64,000 nt of DNA from an uncultured Nitrososphaerales archaeon (GCA_963706445.1 OY970160.1:928001-992000), one strand, 5' to 3'. Positions 19,883 to 29,848 are shown, counted from the first letter of the stretch. The notes: generated by a model not told the origin, from the letters alone. Numbers and translations are program-made.

Positions 19883-21127
19883 TCACTGGATGCGGCCCTT
19901 CTTGACCCCGGCCTTCCGCCGCTCCTTCGAGGTCGATGCGAAGGTCCGCCTTATGAGCCCTTCCTCGTTGCGTCCTAGGGTCATCCCCCGCCTCTCCATC
20001 ATTCTACGCTGGGTCTCGATCACAGATTCCAGCAGGAGCTCGACCGATTTTCTTCGACCGGTGTCAATGAACGCGTAGCTGGGGACGTCGGCTACCGCGA
20101 GACCTGAGAGATGAGACCCTGCGCCAACCGTCTTCCCCGCGTAGACCATCGAGCCGATGGATAGCTTGGCCATGTCCCCCACTGCCGGGCCGAGCTTCAG
20201 CATCCCAGTGTCGACCTTCTTGTCCCCTGCTTTCACCCTGACGTTCCCGTAGGTGTTCTTGAGGTTGCTGAAGGTGCACCCGGCGCCAAGATTCACCCAC
20301 GACCCGACGTACGAGTCCCCCACGTACCCGTGGTGGGCCTTGTTGGCGTATGGGAGAATGACCGAGTTCTCGACCTGCCCTCCTATCTTGCAACCTTCGA
20401 AGATCGACGTCCCTCCCCCGATAAGGGCGGAGTAGACCTTCGTCTTTGAACCGATATAGCATGGCCCCATGATCCTGCTGAAGCTCTCGACCGAGGCACC
20501 TCTGCCGATGATTATCGGTCCTAGCCTCGCGTCCAGCGTTACGTGCCCCTCCACCTCGGCCCCACCCTCGACCATGATGTTCGAGGCGGGCCCTCTTACT
20601 TCGACCGACCCAAGCATCGGGAGAGAGTCTTCGAAGTGCCTGGCCTGCTCCGCAATTGCCAGGCCATTTGTTGCCACCAGGTCCCAGTATCCCCTGAACA
20701 GGGAGTCCGGCGGGGGGTTGACCCTCTTCACCTTCTTTGCGATACCGGCTGCCTCCCGCCTGGTGATGACCCCTGGCTTCAACTGCACGGACTCAATCCG
20801 TGCCGCCACCAATTCGCCGTCGGAGACTGCGGCGAACGGCTCAGAGCGAGACGCTGGCAAGAGGAGGCTTTCGTTCGGCCGTGCCCTGGCGTTGACGAGG
20901 AAGGCCGGGCCGTAGACCTTCTGGTTGTAGCCACACTGGGTCTGTTCATTCGTCACCCCCAACAGCTCTGGGCGCCCCCAGAGTTCCACGTCTGTCGCGT
21001 CTGGGATGGCTTCGACCAGCGAATCGAGGAGCCGCTTGGTCCCCCATCGTAGGAGGCTGGTGTGCCTGAGGAGGGTGAGGGGGCCGAACCCAGCCAATCC
21101 ATCGTCTTCGAATACGATGATTTTCAT
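19883..21127 (-). CDS. Putative sugar nucleotidyltransferase with hexapeptide (GlmU-like) domain
   Basis: IIVFED..FGPLT, left-handed beta-helix repeats, HHGYVGDSYVG.WVNLGAG. Confidence 0.8.
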   Translation of the reverse strand: MKIIVFEDDGLAGFGPLTLLRHTSLLRWGTKRLLDSLVEAIPDATDVELWGRPELLGVTNEQTQCGYNQKVYGPAFLVNARARPNESLLLPASRSEPFAAVSDGELVAARIESVQLKPGVITRREAAGIAKKVKRVNPPPDSLFRGYWDLVATNGLAIAEQARHFEDSLPMLGSVEVRGPASNIMVEGGAEVEGHVTLDARLGPIIIGRGASVESFSRIMGPCYIGSKTKVYSALIGGGTSIFEGCKIGGQVENSVILPYANKAHHGYVGDSYVGSWVNLGAGCTFSNLKNTYGNVRVKAGDKKVDTGMLKLGPAVGDMAKLSIGSMVYAGKTVGAGSHLSGLAVADVPSYAFIDTGRRKSVELLLESVIETQRRMMERRGMTLGRNEEGLIRRTFASTSKERRKAGVKKGRIQ

Positions 21128-21207
21128 CCCGGCCGCGTCATCTCCTTCCGTGGTTCACTTGCTGCTGGCCTGAGCCTACCACCAGGCTTGGATAGAAACC
21201 TGCCAAC

Positions 21208-21927
21208 CTAGAGCAGCCTGCCCATCTTCTTGGTGAATTCCTCGTTTGCCTCCCGGTAGGACTTCGTGTCTCCGATGTCGGTGAAGTGTCCTGCCATCCG
21301 CACGCCATAGACCCTGCCGCACTTGATGGCTTTATCGAACGCCTCTCTCATTCCATACATCTGATTCCCAGGGATATTGCGGAGGAACTCCTTCTCCATC
21401 ACGTAACATCCCACATTGATGTATCCGGAGATGGGGGGTTTTTCCTTCCATGCGGTGATGACCCCGGCCTTGTCAGTCTCCAGAAAGCCGTACTTCAGGT
21501 TGGTGCTGTATTTCATGAGGGCGATGGTCGCGAGCGCCTCATGGCTGTCGTGGAACTTGATCAGCTTCTTCAGGTCCATCTCCAAAATGGCGTCTCCGTA
21601 GACGCAGACGAAACTCCCCCTTAGCTTGCTTTCGGCTGTTTTCAGCTGCCCGGCGATGCCCAGCGGATGAGGGGACTTCGCATACTGTATCTTCACTCCC
21701 CAGTCCTTCCCAACCCCGAAGTATTCCTGAATCGTCTTGCCGAGGTACCCCGTCGATATTATGATGTCGGTGACTCCGTTCTCCTTCAGCCAGTCGATGA
21801 TGTGCTCGAGTATGGGCCTTGGACCGACAGGGAGCATGGGCTTCGGGAGGAGGAGCGTGTAGGGGCGGAGACGGGTGCCGAGGCCCCCCGCGAGAATGAC
21901 GGCCTGTATCCTATGATTCTTCTTCAA
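21208..21927 (-). CDS. Sugar-phosphate nucleotidyltransferase
   Basis: ILAGGLGTRLRP..PKPMLP, EKP, DIG. Confidence 0.92.
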   Translation of the reverse strand: MKKNHRIQAVILAGGLGTRLRPYTLLLPKPMLPVGPRPILEHIIDWLKENGVTDIIISTGYLGKTIQEYFGVGKDWGVKIQYAKSPHPLGIAGQLKTAESKLRGSFVCVYGDAILEMDLKKLIKFHDSHEALATIALMKYSTNLKYGFLETDKAGVITAWKEKPPISGYINVGCYVMEKEFLRNIPGNQMYGMREAFDKAIKCGRVYGVRMAGHFTDIGDTKSYREANEEFTKKMGRLL

Positions 21928-22630
21928 GCCCCGCCAGCGGGCTAAAGGATGTTATTTCTTCTTTATACGCCTCATCTGTTCCGGATAGTACGCACGGGTC
22001 GACGATCAGGCCCTTTACCCCGAGCTGGAGGATGCTGGCTATGTCCCCCCTTGTGAGCTTCTTTTGGGTCCTGAGGAGCACCGGCTTTGCGGAAAGCTTG
22101 GCGATCACCCCTAGCGTGGCGTAATCCAGGACGCTGAAGGGCGCCCCCCTGTGCTGGTGCGGGACTGTCGCGACGTCTACGGCCTCGACACCATCCATCT
22201 CTGAAAGCTGCTTGACCTGCTCAAGGATGTACCCCGAGGCTATGGCGGACACCTTCTTGATGCGCCTGTCGGAGAGGATGAACGTGGGCATCTGGTGGGC
22301 GTACATCTCGACGAAGCTGAAGGCGCTTGACATTATCCGCTCCCAATAGTCTTCGGTCACGAGCCTTGCCCCGCCGATGAACAGCCCGCAGGGGATCGAC
22401 ACCGTGGATATGACGTCGTTGATGTAGGCGTCGTGGAGGTCGTAGCTCCCGAAGTGGCTCGGGGAAGAGCTCTCGTCTCCGTCTACGTTGAGCATTACCG
22501 CGTCGGCGCCCCCCTCGACTGCCTGGACCGCCAGAGAGGTGCTGTTCTTCGGCAAGCTCGCTATGACTGTGTATTTCCTCCCGTCCGACATGACTTCCAG
22601 TGGCCGTCGCAGCTGACTTGCGGACTCCAT
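21911..22630 (-). CDS. Hypothetical protein, probable TIM barrel
   Basis: Long ORF overlapping the downstream gene; SLPKN..GGADAV, alternating beta/alpha pattern. Confidence 0.6.
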   Translation of the reverse strand: MESASQLRRPLEVMSDGRKYTVIASLPKNSTSLAVQAVEGGADAVMLNVDGDESSSPSHFGSYDLHDAYINDVISTVSIPCGLFIGGARLVTEDYWERIMSSAFSFVEMYAHQMPTFILSDRRIKKVSAIASGYILEQVKQLSEMDGVEAVDVATVPHQHRGAPFSVLDYATLGVIAKLSAKPVLLRTQKKLTRGDIASILQLGVKGLIVDPCVLSGTDEAYKEEITSFSPLAGLEEES

Positions 22631-22720
22631 TCTCCCTTTTTTGATAGAGCCTCGAAGACCTTAGAAAAGAACGGCTCAATTGTGGTTAATGATGTGATAA
22701 ACTCGTTTACATCTTTGGTG

Positions 22721-23608
22721 TCAGGCAGTGACCCAGACGGTCAGGCCCAGTACCAAGAAGATGATCGTTAGGTAGGGGCTGGTCAGCTTGAAGAGGGTCC
22801 AGGCGGTCTTGTTGCTCTGGGTCAGGGCGAGCTTTGCGCTGTAGGCGAGGACGATGCCTCCGAGGACTACGGCCGTCAGCACGTAGAAGATGCTGACCAC
22901 CGGGGTGAAGAGGAAGATGGCGACCGAGAAAACTGTAAGGAGTGCGCTGGTCCCTGCCACACATATTGATGCGACCCTATCACCGAAAACTATCGGGAGC
23001 ATGGGGACCTTGGCCGCTTCGTAGTCGCTCCTGTTGAATATGGCTAGGCTCCAGATATGGGTGGGTATCCATACTATGACGAGTGCAGACATGTAGATCG
23101 CGATGGGAGTTACAGTGTCGGCGACGGCCGTGTATCCCACCAGGACAGGCATGCCGCCGGAGATTCCTCCAAGGATAATGTTGAGCCAGCTCCTGCGCTT
23201 CAGGAGGAGCGAATAGATCACGATGTTGTCGATGAGGCCAATGATCATGAATGACGCGGAAATCGCGTTAATCAGGAAGAGCGGGACGAGGATGGAGAGG
23301 GCCGCCATGGCTAGGCCGAAGGCGAGGGCTGATCGGGGGTTGACCCTCCCCGAAGGGAGCGCGCGCTTCATTGTGCGCTTCATCATTCCGTCGATGTCCC
23401 TGTCGTGGTAGTTCGTCAACACCTCAGCCGAGGCGCTCCCGATGATCAGTGCGATGACACCGGTTGCGAACAGCCCCAGAGACAGAGACGCACCAGGCGT
23501 CTCTTTGAAAGCGACGAGCATGGCGATGGCCCCAGTGAAGACCAGGAGGCCCCAGATCCTCGGCTTGGTGAGACGCCAATAATCCTCGATGGTCTGTCTC
23601 ATAGGCAT
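22721..23608 (-). CDS. cyoE: Protoheme IX farnesyltransferase (heme O synthase)
   Basis: LTKPR, DRDIDGMMKRT..R.LPSG, WIPTH, DY...VPMLP. Confidence 0.95.
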   Translation of the reverse strand: MPMRQTIEDYWRLTKPRIWGLLVFTGAIAMLVAFKETPGASLSLGLFATGVIALIIGSASAEVLTNYHDRDIDGMMKRTMKRALPSGRVNPRSALAFGLAMAALSILVPLFLINAISASFMIIGLIDNIVIYSLLLKRRSWLNIILGGISGGMPVLVGYTAVADTVTPIAIYMSALVIVWIPTHIWSLAIFNRSDYEAAKVPMLPIVFGDRVASICVAGTSALLTVFSVAIFLFTPVVSIFYVLTAVVLGGIVLAYSAKLALTQSNKTAWTLFKLTSPYLTIIFLVLGLTVWVTA

Positions 23609-23659
23609 TTGATTCGACGCCTCCTCTCCGCAGTTAAAACGTTAGCGGACTCTGGAGGA

Positions 23660-24616
23660 CTAGGGCCCTACCACTTCGAGCGGATGGTCCTCCGCCATCT
23701 CTTCTTCTGACACGACTCCAGTGAACAGGGTCAGATCGGCGGGAAACTGGCGCGGGGTGAAGTGCACCTGATAGAAGTGGAAGACCCCGAGGAACAGAAC
23801 GGCCAGGAGAGCCTCCTTGACATGGAAAATGAATGCCAGTCCTCCCTCAGCGTTGAGGCCTCCGGACCAGATGAGAAGCCCCGGGAGCCCGAGGATGACC
23901 ATCCCCCAGTAAATCCCCCAGTAGTCGAACTTCTGGGCGTAGGAGTATTTCCCGAACTTCGGCTTCGGACCCCTTCCCAAATAGAACTTTAGGCTCGCGA
24001 AGAGGTCTGAGATGTCCTTCCTGTGGAAGTTGATGTCGAACCTAGCCGGCTGCTTGAGGAGCCTGTTCGTGAGGTACTTCGCAGAGTAATAGCCGAAATG
24101 ATAGGCGACGAGGACCCCCATGACTATGGCGGACCCGTAGTGTATGTCCAACGTCTGGGAAAGGCCGCCGAGGTAGCCCGCCACAGAGCTCCCCCATGAC
24201 AAATAGAACATCAGCGTGAAGCCCGTAAGGGCGGATATCCCTGTCGAAGCGATAAGGGTCAGGTGCTGGAAGGTCTCGTTCAGAGAGAACCTCTTCACCT
24301 TTGGGACCGACTTGTCCATCTTCGGTTTCTTGACTCTGTAGGCCGCGGTGGTCATCAAGTCGAGGGAATTGTGGACCAAGGCTATGAGGATCAGGATGGT
24401 GATGAGCAGGTCGAAGCCGAAACCTATGACTCCGTTCGCAGTGAACTGCACTGTGGTCGTGACCATGGGCTCGATGACCAGCGTCACAAGCCAGATTAGG
24501 CAGATCGAGGAAATCAGAGAAAATGTCACGATGCTTCCAATGACGCGGCCGGTGAACAGCCTGTCCCCTGGGGAGACGGAGGAGTTGGGACCCGAGTTAA
24601 CTTGGCCTGATTTCAT
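23660..24616 (-). CDS. Di-heme cytochrome b subunit (FdnI / Ni-hydrogenase cyt b-like) with extra N-terminal TMs
   Basis: RFS....QH....LTGF, IH, YH, KYSYAQKFDYW, FH...HFY, and C-terminal EEM..DHP. Confidence 0.82.
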   Translation of the reverse strand: MKSGQVNSGPNSSVSPGDRLFTGRVIGSIVTFSLISSICLIWLVTLVIEPMVTTTVQFTANGVIGFGFDLLITILILIALVHNSLDLMTTAAYRVKKPKMDKSVPKVKRFSLNETFQHLTLIASTGISALTGFTLMFYLSWGSSVAGYLGGLSQTLDIHYGSAIVMGVLVAYHFGYYSAKYLTNRLLKQPARFDINFHRKDISDLFASLKFYLGRGPKPKFGKYSYAQKFDYWGIYWGMVILGLPGLLIWSGGLNAEGGLAFIFHVKEALLAVLFLGVFHFYQVHFTPRQFPADLTLFTGVVSEEEMAEDHPLEVVGP

Positions 24617-25527
24617 TTGCGAACGACCAGCTTCCTTGCCCTCAGGGCGACGCCGATGCCGAGCAGGATTCCGATCGCGAGCGCCACCCCCGCGAATATG
24701 TAGAGGGTGACCAGATTCAGCCCTGGGAATCCGGCCAGCAGGTCACTCCCGCTTCCGCTCTGAGTGTTGGTGTTGCTGGGTTGCGACGTTGTGGTCACCC
24801 CTGTAGTGGGATTGCTGGACTGTGTGGTCGTGGTGGTGCTTGAAGCCCCCGAGTAAGTCTGGTTCGACAGAATGAGGCTGTACGTGGCCATGTCGGTCGC
24901 CAGATGTTGACCAGGCGAAGAGAACTCCCCCACGGCAAATGCGATTTCCAGTGGTGTCCCGGAGGCAAAGGCTGTGAACGGGTCGTTCGCCGATGCGTTC
25001 GTCAGGTGGAACGGCCGGTAGCATTCCCCGGTGTAGGTCCCGTTGGAGACCACCAAGGAGCAGACCGATTGGGTGGCGTATCCGCTCTGTTCAACTGATG
25101 CGGGGGTGGTGTCCCCCGTCGAGATGAACTCGTCGTAGCCGCTCTGGAACGCAGTACTTAGGAGGATCATGATCGTCGGGGTGGAGGCGCTTCCCATCTC
25201 GCCGTAGTTGCTCGAATTCGCTATCTCGATCCCTCCGAAGCACCACTTGTCGTAGCAGTAGGACGAGGATTGCTGCCACTCCAGCAGGAAGAGCAGACCC
25301 GTACCGTTCTGTTTGAAGGCTACGTTCATCCCTGAAGTGCTTTCGGCTATCAGAGGTGTGTCGCTCCATTCGCCTTGCGACACGACTCCGTCAATGGAAA
25401 CAGGCGTCTGTGCTTTGTAGGCGGTGATGGTGGTCAAAGCGCTGACGGGTTGTGCCGCTCCTAGCGACACCGCGAGCAGGCCTGACAGAAGAGCCGCGAG
25501 CAGGATCAGACGCCGCTTCTGAGACAT
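24613..25527 (-). CDS. Membrane-anchored extracellular DOMON/CBM9-like protein
   Basis: Sec signal, IDG....EW, candidate heme ligands EMG and GQH, S/T linker, C-terminal TM plus basic tail; overlaps the cyt b start. Confidence 0.6.
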   Translation of the reverse strand: MSQKRRLILLAALLSGLLAVSLGAAQPVSALTTITAYKAQTPVSIDGVVSQGEWSDTPLIAESTSGMNVAFKQNGTGLLFLLEWQQSSSYCYDKWCFGGIEIANSSNYGEMGSASTPTIMILLSTAFQSGYDEFISTGDTTPASVEQSGYATQSVCSLVVSNGTYTGECYRPFHLTNASANDPFTAFASGTPLEIAFAVGEFSSPGQHLATDMATYSLILSNQTYSGASSTTTTTQSSNPTTGVTTTSQPSNTNTQSGSGSDLLAGFPGLNLVTLYIFAGVALAIGILLGIGVALRARKLVVRK

Positions 25528-25581
25528 GTTAATTTCGTTCCTCTAGGCGTTTCGGAAGGGCGGGATTATACAGCCATCCGG

Positions 25582-25649
25582 GCAAATGTGAGCAAATGCA
25601 CGGATTGGCCTTTAACCGACATGTGCCCTCTTTCACACCCGAAGAAGAT
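25582..25649 (+). promoter_or_regulatory. Promoter of Tat flavoprotein 1 (GCAAATG x2, TTTAAC box)
   Basis: GCAAATG at 25582 and 25592, TTTAAC at 25611; same layout as upstream of flavoprotein 2. Confidence 0.6.
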
Positions 25650-27332
25650 ATGTCGAAAGAAAAGGAAGAAAAAAAGACACAACCAACAAAAGGCATCTCT
25701 AGACGTCAATTCCTCATAGGCACAGTAGGCGGCCTTGCGATTGGTGCGGCAGCGGGAGCTGCGGCCGGTTCGCTTGGGTTCCCGAAAACTCTCACTGCAC
25801 AGCCCTGGATACCCGCGAGTTGGGACGAGACCGCTGACGTCGTGGTCGTCGGGTTCGGATTCGCCGGTCAGGCGGCAGCCATCACGGCCCACGACGCGGG
25901 CGCAAAGGTCATCGTTCTGGAGAAAACGAGCGAAGCACTCTCCGGTGGGAACAGCAGGGTCTGCGGCCAGTGCACCTGGGTGCCTGGTACGAAGAACGAT
26001 GGGTCCGTGGACACCTCTCTAGTGGGCGGGCAGCTCGACTACTTCAAGGCAATGAGCGACGGCCAAGGCTTCCCAGTCCCAGACGACTATCTCGAGATGG
26101 CGGTGAACGAAAGCTCCAAGAACAAGACGTGGCTCGAAGGACTCGGCGCCACGACCACCTGGAGCATGTTCCCTCAACCATTCTACCCACAGCTCAATGG
26201 AGCGGCGGCAGTCAACGGCCCCAATGGAGGGTCATGGAGCGTCAAGGGGACCGAACCCTACGGGAACAACTGGTTCTTCCTCAAGCAACAGGTCGTGAAC
26301 AGGGGAATCAACGTGATGTACGGGACCCCGGCAAAGCAACTCATTCAGAACCCCCAAACCAAGGAAATACTCGGAGTAGTGGCGACAACGAATGGCGGAG
26401 ACATCAACGTGAAGGCAAGCAAGGGAGTGATTCTTGCCACAGGAGGCTACGAATATGCGCCTCAAATGGTAAGGGACTTCCTCAACATCCCCGAAATACA
26501 TTCGCTTGGCTCTCCTTCAAACACGGGAGACGGTCAGATGATGGCCATAGGCGCTGGAGCCGATCTCTGGCACATGGACGTGTTCGCCGCTCCGACGGGA
26601 TGGGCAATCAACCCACCCAACTACCAGTCAGCAATCAACGTATCCACCCCGACAAAGGGAGGCTTCATCTTCGTGGGCGCCGACAGCATGAGGTTCGATG
26701 ACGAGCTATACCCCGTAAGCCCCAATGCGACCCCCGGACTATCCCTGGTGGCCGGCAAGTATTACAAACATGGAGTCTACGTCACTCCACCATACCCGCT
26801 CCCGGTCCACATGGTATTCGACCAAACCGCCATGTCAAGTACGGCCCTGTTCGCTGGAATGGCAGGCCTCGGTTGGGCCCTGAACGTGGAAGGCTTCAAG
26901 GCAAGCCAGGACAACAGCACAGAGCTGGCCAACGGATGGATCGTCAAGGCGGACACAATTCAAGAATTAGCAACATCAATAGGCAAAGACCCCACCATCA
27001 TGTCCAACGAAGTGACCAACTGGAACGCTATGGTTGCGGCGGGCAAAGACAACGAATATGGAAGGACAGCTCAACTCGTCCCAATCTCCACACCTCCGTA
27101 CTACGCCATCGAAATCAAGCCGATGATCCTCAATACCCAAGGCGGTCCAGTCCGCAACTCCAAGGGTCAGATTCTAGACACCAACGGGAATGTCATCCCC
27201 AGGCTCTACGCGGCGGGTGAGAACGGGGAGATATTCAGCTACCTCTACCAGTGTTGCAGGAACGTCTCCCTGTGCTACTCCGTAGGTCGCCTAGCGGCTA
27301 CTGACGCTGCTGGGCTCACTGCTTGGCAGTAG
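25650..27332 (+). CDS. Tat-exported FAD-dependent oxidoreductase (fumarate reductase/flavocytochrome c flavin-subunit family)
   Basis: SRRQFL twin-Arg signal, VVVVGFGFAG, LATGGY, NTGDG, NTQGG, LYAAGE; ATG at 25650. Confidence 0.9.
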   Translation: MSKEKEEKKTQPTKGISRRQFLIGTVGGLAIGAAAGAAAGSLGFPKTLTAQPWIPASWDETADVVVVGFGFAGQAAAITAHDAGAKVIVLEKTSEALSGGNSRVCGQCTWVPGTKNDGSVDTSLVGGQLDYFKAMSDGQGFPVPDDYLEMAVNESSKNKTWLEGLGATTTWSMFPQPFYPQLNGAAAVNGPNGGSWSVKGTEPYGNNWFFLKQQVVNRGINVMYGTPAKQLIQNPQTKEILGVVATTNGGDINVKASKGVILATGGYEYAPQMVRDFLNIPEIHSLGSPSNTGDGQMMAIGAGADLWHMDVFAAPTGWAINPPNYQSAINVSTPTKGGFIFVGADSMRFDDELYPVSPNATPGLSLVAGKYYKHGVYVTPPYPLPVHMVFDQTAMSSTALFAGMAGLGWALNVEGFKASQDNSTELANGWIVKADTIQELATSIGKDPTIMSNEVTNWNAMVAAGKDNEYGRTAQLVPISTPPYYAIEIKPMILNTQGGPVRNSKGQILDTNGNVIPRLYAAGENGEIFSYLYQCCRNVSLCYSVGRLAATDAAGLTAWQ

Positions 27333-27344
27333 GCCACAGGAAGA

Positions 27345-27360
27345 CTCCCCCTTTTTTAAT
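27345..27360 (+). terminator. Putative oligo-T archaeal terminator
   Basis: C run followed by six T just after the stop codon. Confidence 0.45.
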
Positions 27361-27429
27361 CTGAACCAGTGGAATTCCTAGAAGAGCGCTCTGCGGCGTC
27401 GCACTCTCTTGGTCGTTTGTCGGCCGCCG

Positions 27430-28065
27430 CTAGGTGGAATCTGGGCAATACTTGCACGGGGAAGGGACAAGCTCGACGCTCTGCTCTACATCATTATCCA
27501 CATTCACTGTCGTTCGAAACATCTTGTGGTCCCGCTTCCACACCACCAGCTCTTGGCTGCCCTTCGGCACAGATACGACCGACCTGCCTGAGCCATCGGT
27601 GAACTGGGTCTTGCCTCCGATCCTGACGTAGGCGTTCGGGAGCAAGGCCTTGGTCGCACCCTCGGCGACTGCCACTGAGAACCGGCAAGAGGTCTTGATT
27701 ATGACCTGAGTTCCGAACTTGTACCTGGCTTCTAGGTGAGCGTGCTGGCCAGCAAGCTCGGGAAAGTGTGCTGTCCATTCGTGATATCCGAGGCTTTCGA
27801 GGATTCTAAGCTCGAGTTGAGCCCAGTATAGCGCCTTCGTGCCTTCGGCCGGAATCTCGCCGACTACTCCACTAGAGACTTGCCTCCCATCAGAGTCCAG
27901 GACCTCGATAAGAGCACCCGCGAGATTGCAATCCTCTTTGCACTTGACCCCGACCTTGACATGGACACCGGCGCCTTCCTCGATGGGGGTGGGCACATCC
28001 CAGACAGCTAAGCTGGTCTGGTGGAACTTGGCAACCGCGGTAGCTGTCGGCTCATGGTCCATCAT
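27430..28065 (-). CDS. Hypothetical protein with carboxypeptidase-regulatory/Ig-like domain and C-terminal CxxC
   Basis: LPNAYVRIG..TDGSG..VPKG pattern; ends in CKYCPDST. Confidence 0.6.
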   Translation of the reverse strand: MMDHEPTATAVAKFHQTSLAVWDVPTPIEEGAGVHVKVGVKCKEDCNLAGALIEVLDSDGRQVSSGVVGEIPAEGTKALYWAQLELRILESLGYHEWTAHFPELAGQHAHLEARYKFGTQVIIKTSCRFSVAVAEGATKALLPNAYVRIGGKTQFTDGSGRSVVSVPKGSQELVVWKRDHKMFRTTVNVDNDVEQSVELVPSPCKYCPDST

Positions 28066-28234
28066 TTTCGCCTGTCCTCCCCTTGAAAGCAAGATGCCTC
28101 AACTGTACTGCCTACCTCGGAGATTCTTTAATCGCATCTTCGATTCTCTGTTTTGAGAACGAGTTTGTCGAAGGCCCTTACTGTGCTTCTGCCGATTGAA
28201 AAAAGGGAAAAGAGCGGATAGATTCAGTATCCGC

Positions 28235-29848
28235 TCACGAGCTTGCTGCTGCTTTGCCGGCTATCCAACCGAAGACGGTTCCTTGACCTACCGTAGCGCC
28301 GCCGCCGGGGTAGGCGGCACCGGATGGCGCCGCAATGTCGTTCCCTGCCCCGTATAGCCCTGGGATGGGATTGCCGCTCTGGTCGAGAACCTGGCCCGAG
28401 GTGTTTATCCTCGGCCCGCCAGATGTTCCGCAGGTTCCCGGAGAAATAGCCGCTGCGTAGAATGGTGGACTGGTCAAAGGTGCGAGGCAGTCGTTCTTCA
28501 AGTCTTTGCGTGTAGGATCTCCGGCTGTGACCGTGTCGAAGCTGAAAACCCCGCGGTTGAAGTCCGGGTCGACTCCGTTGATGGCATTGGCGTTGAACGC
28601 GGTTATGGTTGCCTGCAGCGCGACTGGGTCTATGTTAAGAGCAGACGCGAGGTCTTGAATCGAGTTCGCCTTGGTGACGTACGACGGTAATGCCGTAGCA
28701 GCCGCGGCTCCCGCCAAGCCGTACTTGTTGAAGGCCGTCGAATCCATGATGGTGTATGCCGGAATGTTCGGGTATCCGTAAATCTTTGTGTCCCACGACA
28801 AGAATGCCCTATTGGAGACTGGGTAGGACGAAGACTCGTTGACGAATCTCTTGCCGGCGGAGTTCACTATGATTGCGCCTGGCTTCGTCCTCCATATGGC
28901 CCAGTCGAGGACCGGACCGTTAGGAGTCACGTACAGGGGGACACCCCAATTGTTGTTCATGTTTCCGAGGCTGGCTCCGACTGCCATTGCCATCTTGATC
29001 CCGTCGCCGGTGTTGGTTTTTGCTGCGCCTGACCCGCCCAACGGGCCTCTCGGGTAGTTCAAGAACATGTCTGGGTCAAAGTCATATCCACCGGCGGCTA
29101 GGATGACTCCTTTGTTTGCGCCTATGTTGACGTTGGTCCCGTTGGATGTCGCCAGAAGTCCCACAATTTTCTTCGTCGAATCTTGGTACAGACTAACCGC
29201 CGCCGTGCTGAGCATCGTCGTGCCTCCCAGCTTGTCGACGTAGGCTTTCATTGCCTTAATGAGGCCTGGACCCGCCTCCTTGTACTCGACGAGGTGCCCG
29301 AAGCTCCTAGTAGCCCCGAGGTTGTAGTAGTCGTTGTACTGTGGGGAAAGATATGGCGTGAGGGCTCCGTTTGTCACATTGACGAGATGGTCAATCCATG
29401 TCGGCCCCACGGTCAAGTATGTGTTGAGGAGGTCAGTGTCCTCCTGGCCGCCGCCCACCGCATGCAGATAAGTCATGAGCGTGTCTGTCGAGTCGGTCAG
29501 TCCCTGTGCGACTGCCAGGCTGCTGTTTGGAACCCACATTCCGCCTCCGGATACCCCCGTGGTGCCTCCGACGCTCGCCGCCTTCTCGAGCACTATCACG
29601 GATGCCCCCGATTCGAGGGCTCCCATGGCCGCAGCTAGGCCGGATCCTCCGGACCCAACGACGACTACGTCCGCCTGATGGTCCCATGATGAAGGTATGT
29701 TGATGATGTCTGACTGCGAAGTCTTGGGGGACAGCAGATATCCTCCCGCAACGCCAGCCGCAGCCCCAACGGCAAGGCCTCCGACTGTCCCAATGAGGAA
29801 TTGTCTTCGAGAGATGCCTTTCTTAGTTTCTTTCTTTTCTTCAGCCAT
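28235..29848 (-). CDS. Tat-exported FAD-dependent oxidoreductase, 3-ketosteroid-delta1-dehydrogenase-like
   Basis: SRRQFL signal, GSGGSG, GGTTGVSGGGMWVPN, RFVNE...Y, YPGGGATVG; ATG at 29848. Confidence 0.88.
   Translation of the reverse strand: MAEEKKETKKGISRRQFLIGTVGGLAVGAAAGVAGGYLLSPKTSQSDIINIPSSWDHQADVVVVGSGGSGLAAAMGALESGASVIVLEKAASVGGTTGVSGGGMWVPNSSLAVAQGLTDSTDTLMTYLHAVGGGQEDTDLLNTYLTVGPTWIDHLVNVTNGALTPYLSPQYNDYYNLGATRSFGHLVEYKEAGPGLIKAMKAYVDKLGGTTMLSTAAVSLYQDSTKKIVGLLATSNGTNVNIGANKGVILAAGGYDFDPDMFLNYPRGPLGGSGAAKTNTGDGIKMAMAVGASLGNMNNNWGVPLYVTPNGPVLDWAIWRTKPGAIIVNSAGKRFVNESSSYPVSNRAFLSWDTKIYGYPNIPAYTIMDSTAFNKYGLAGAAAATALPSYVTKANSIQDLASALNIDPVALQATITAFNANAINGVDPDFNRGVFSFDTVTAGDPTRKDLKNDCLAPLTSPPFYAAAISPGTCGTSGGPRINTSGQVLDQSGNPIPGLYGAGNDIAAPSGAAYPGGGATVGQGTVFGWIAGKAAASS

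Noticed and set aside
27430-27460. C-terminal CKYC as a c-type heme site
   Set aside because: It lacks the His of CxxCH and the protein has no export signal.
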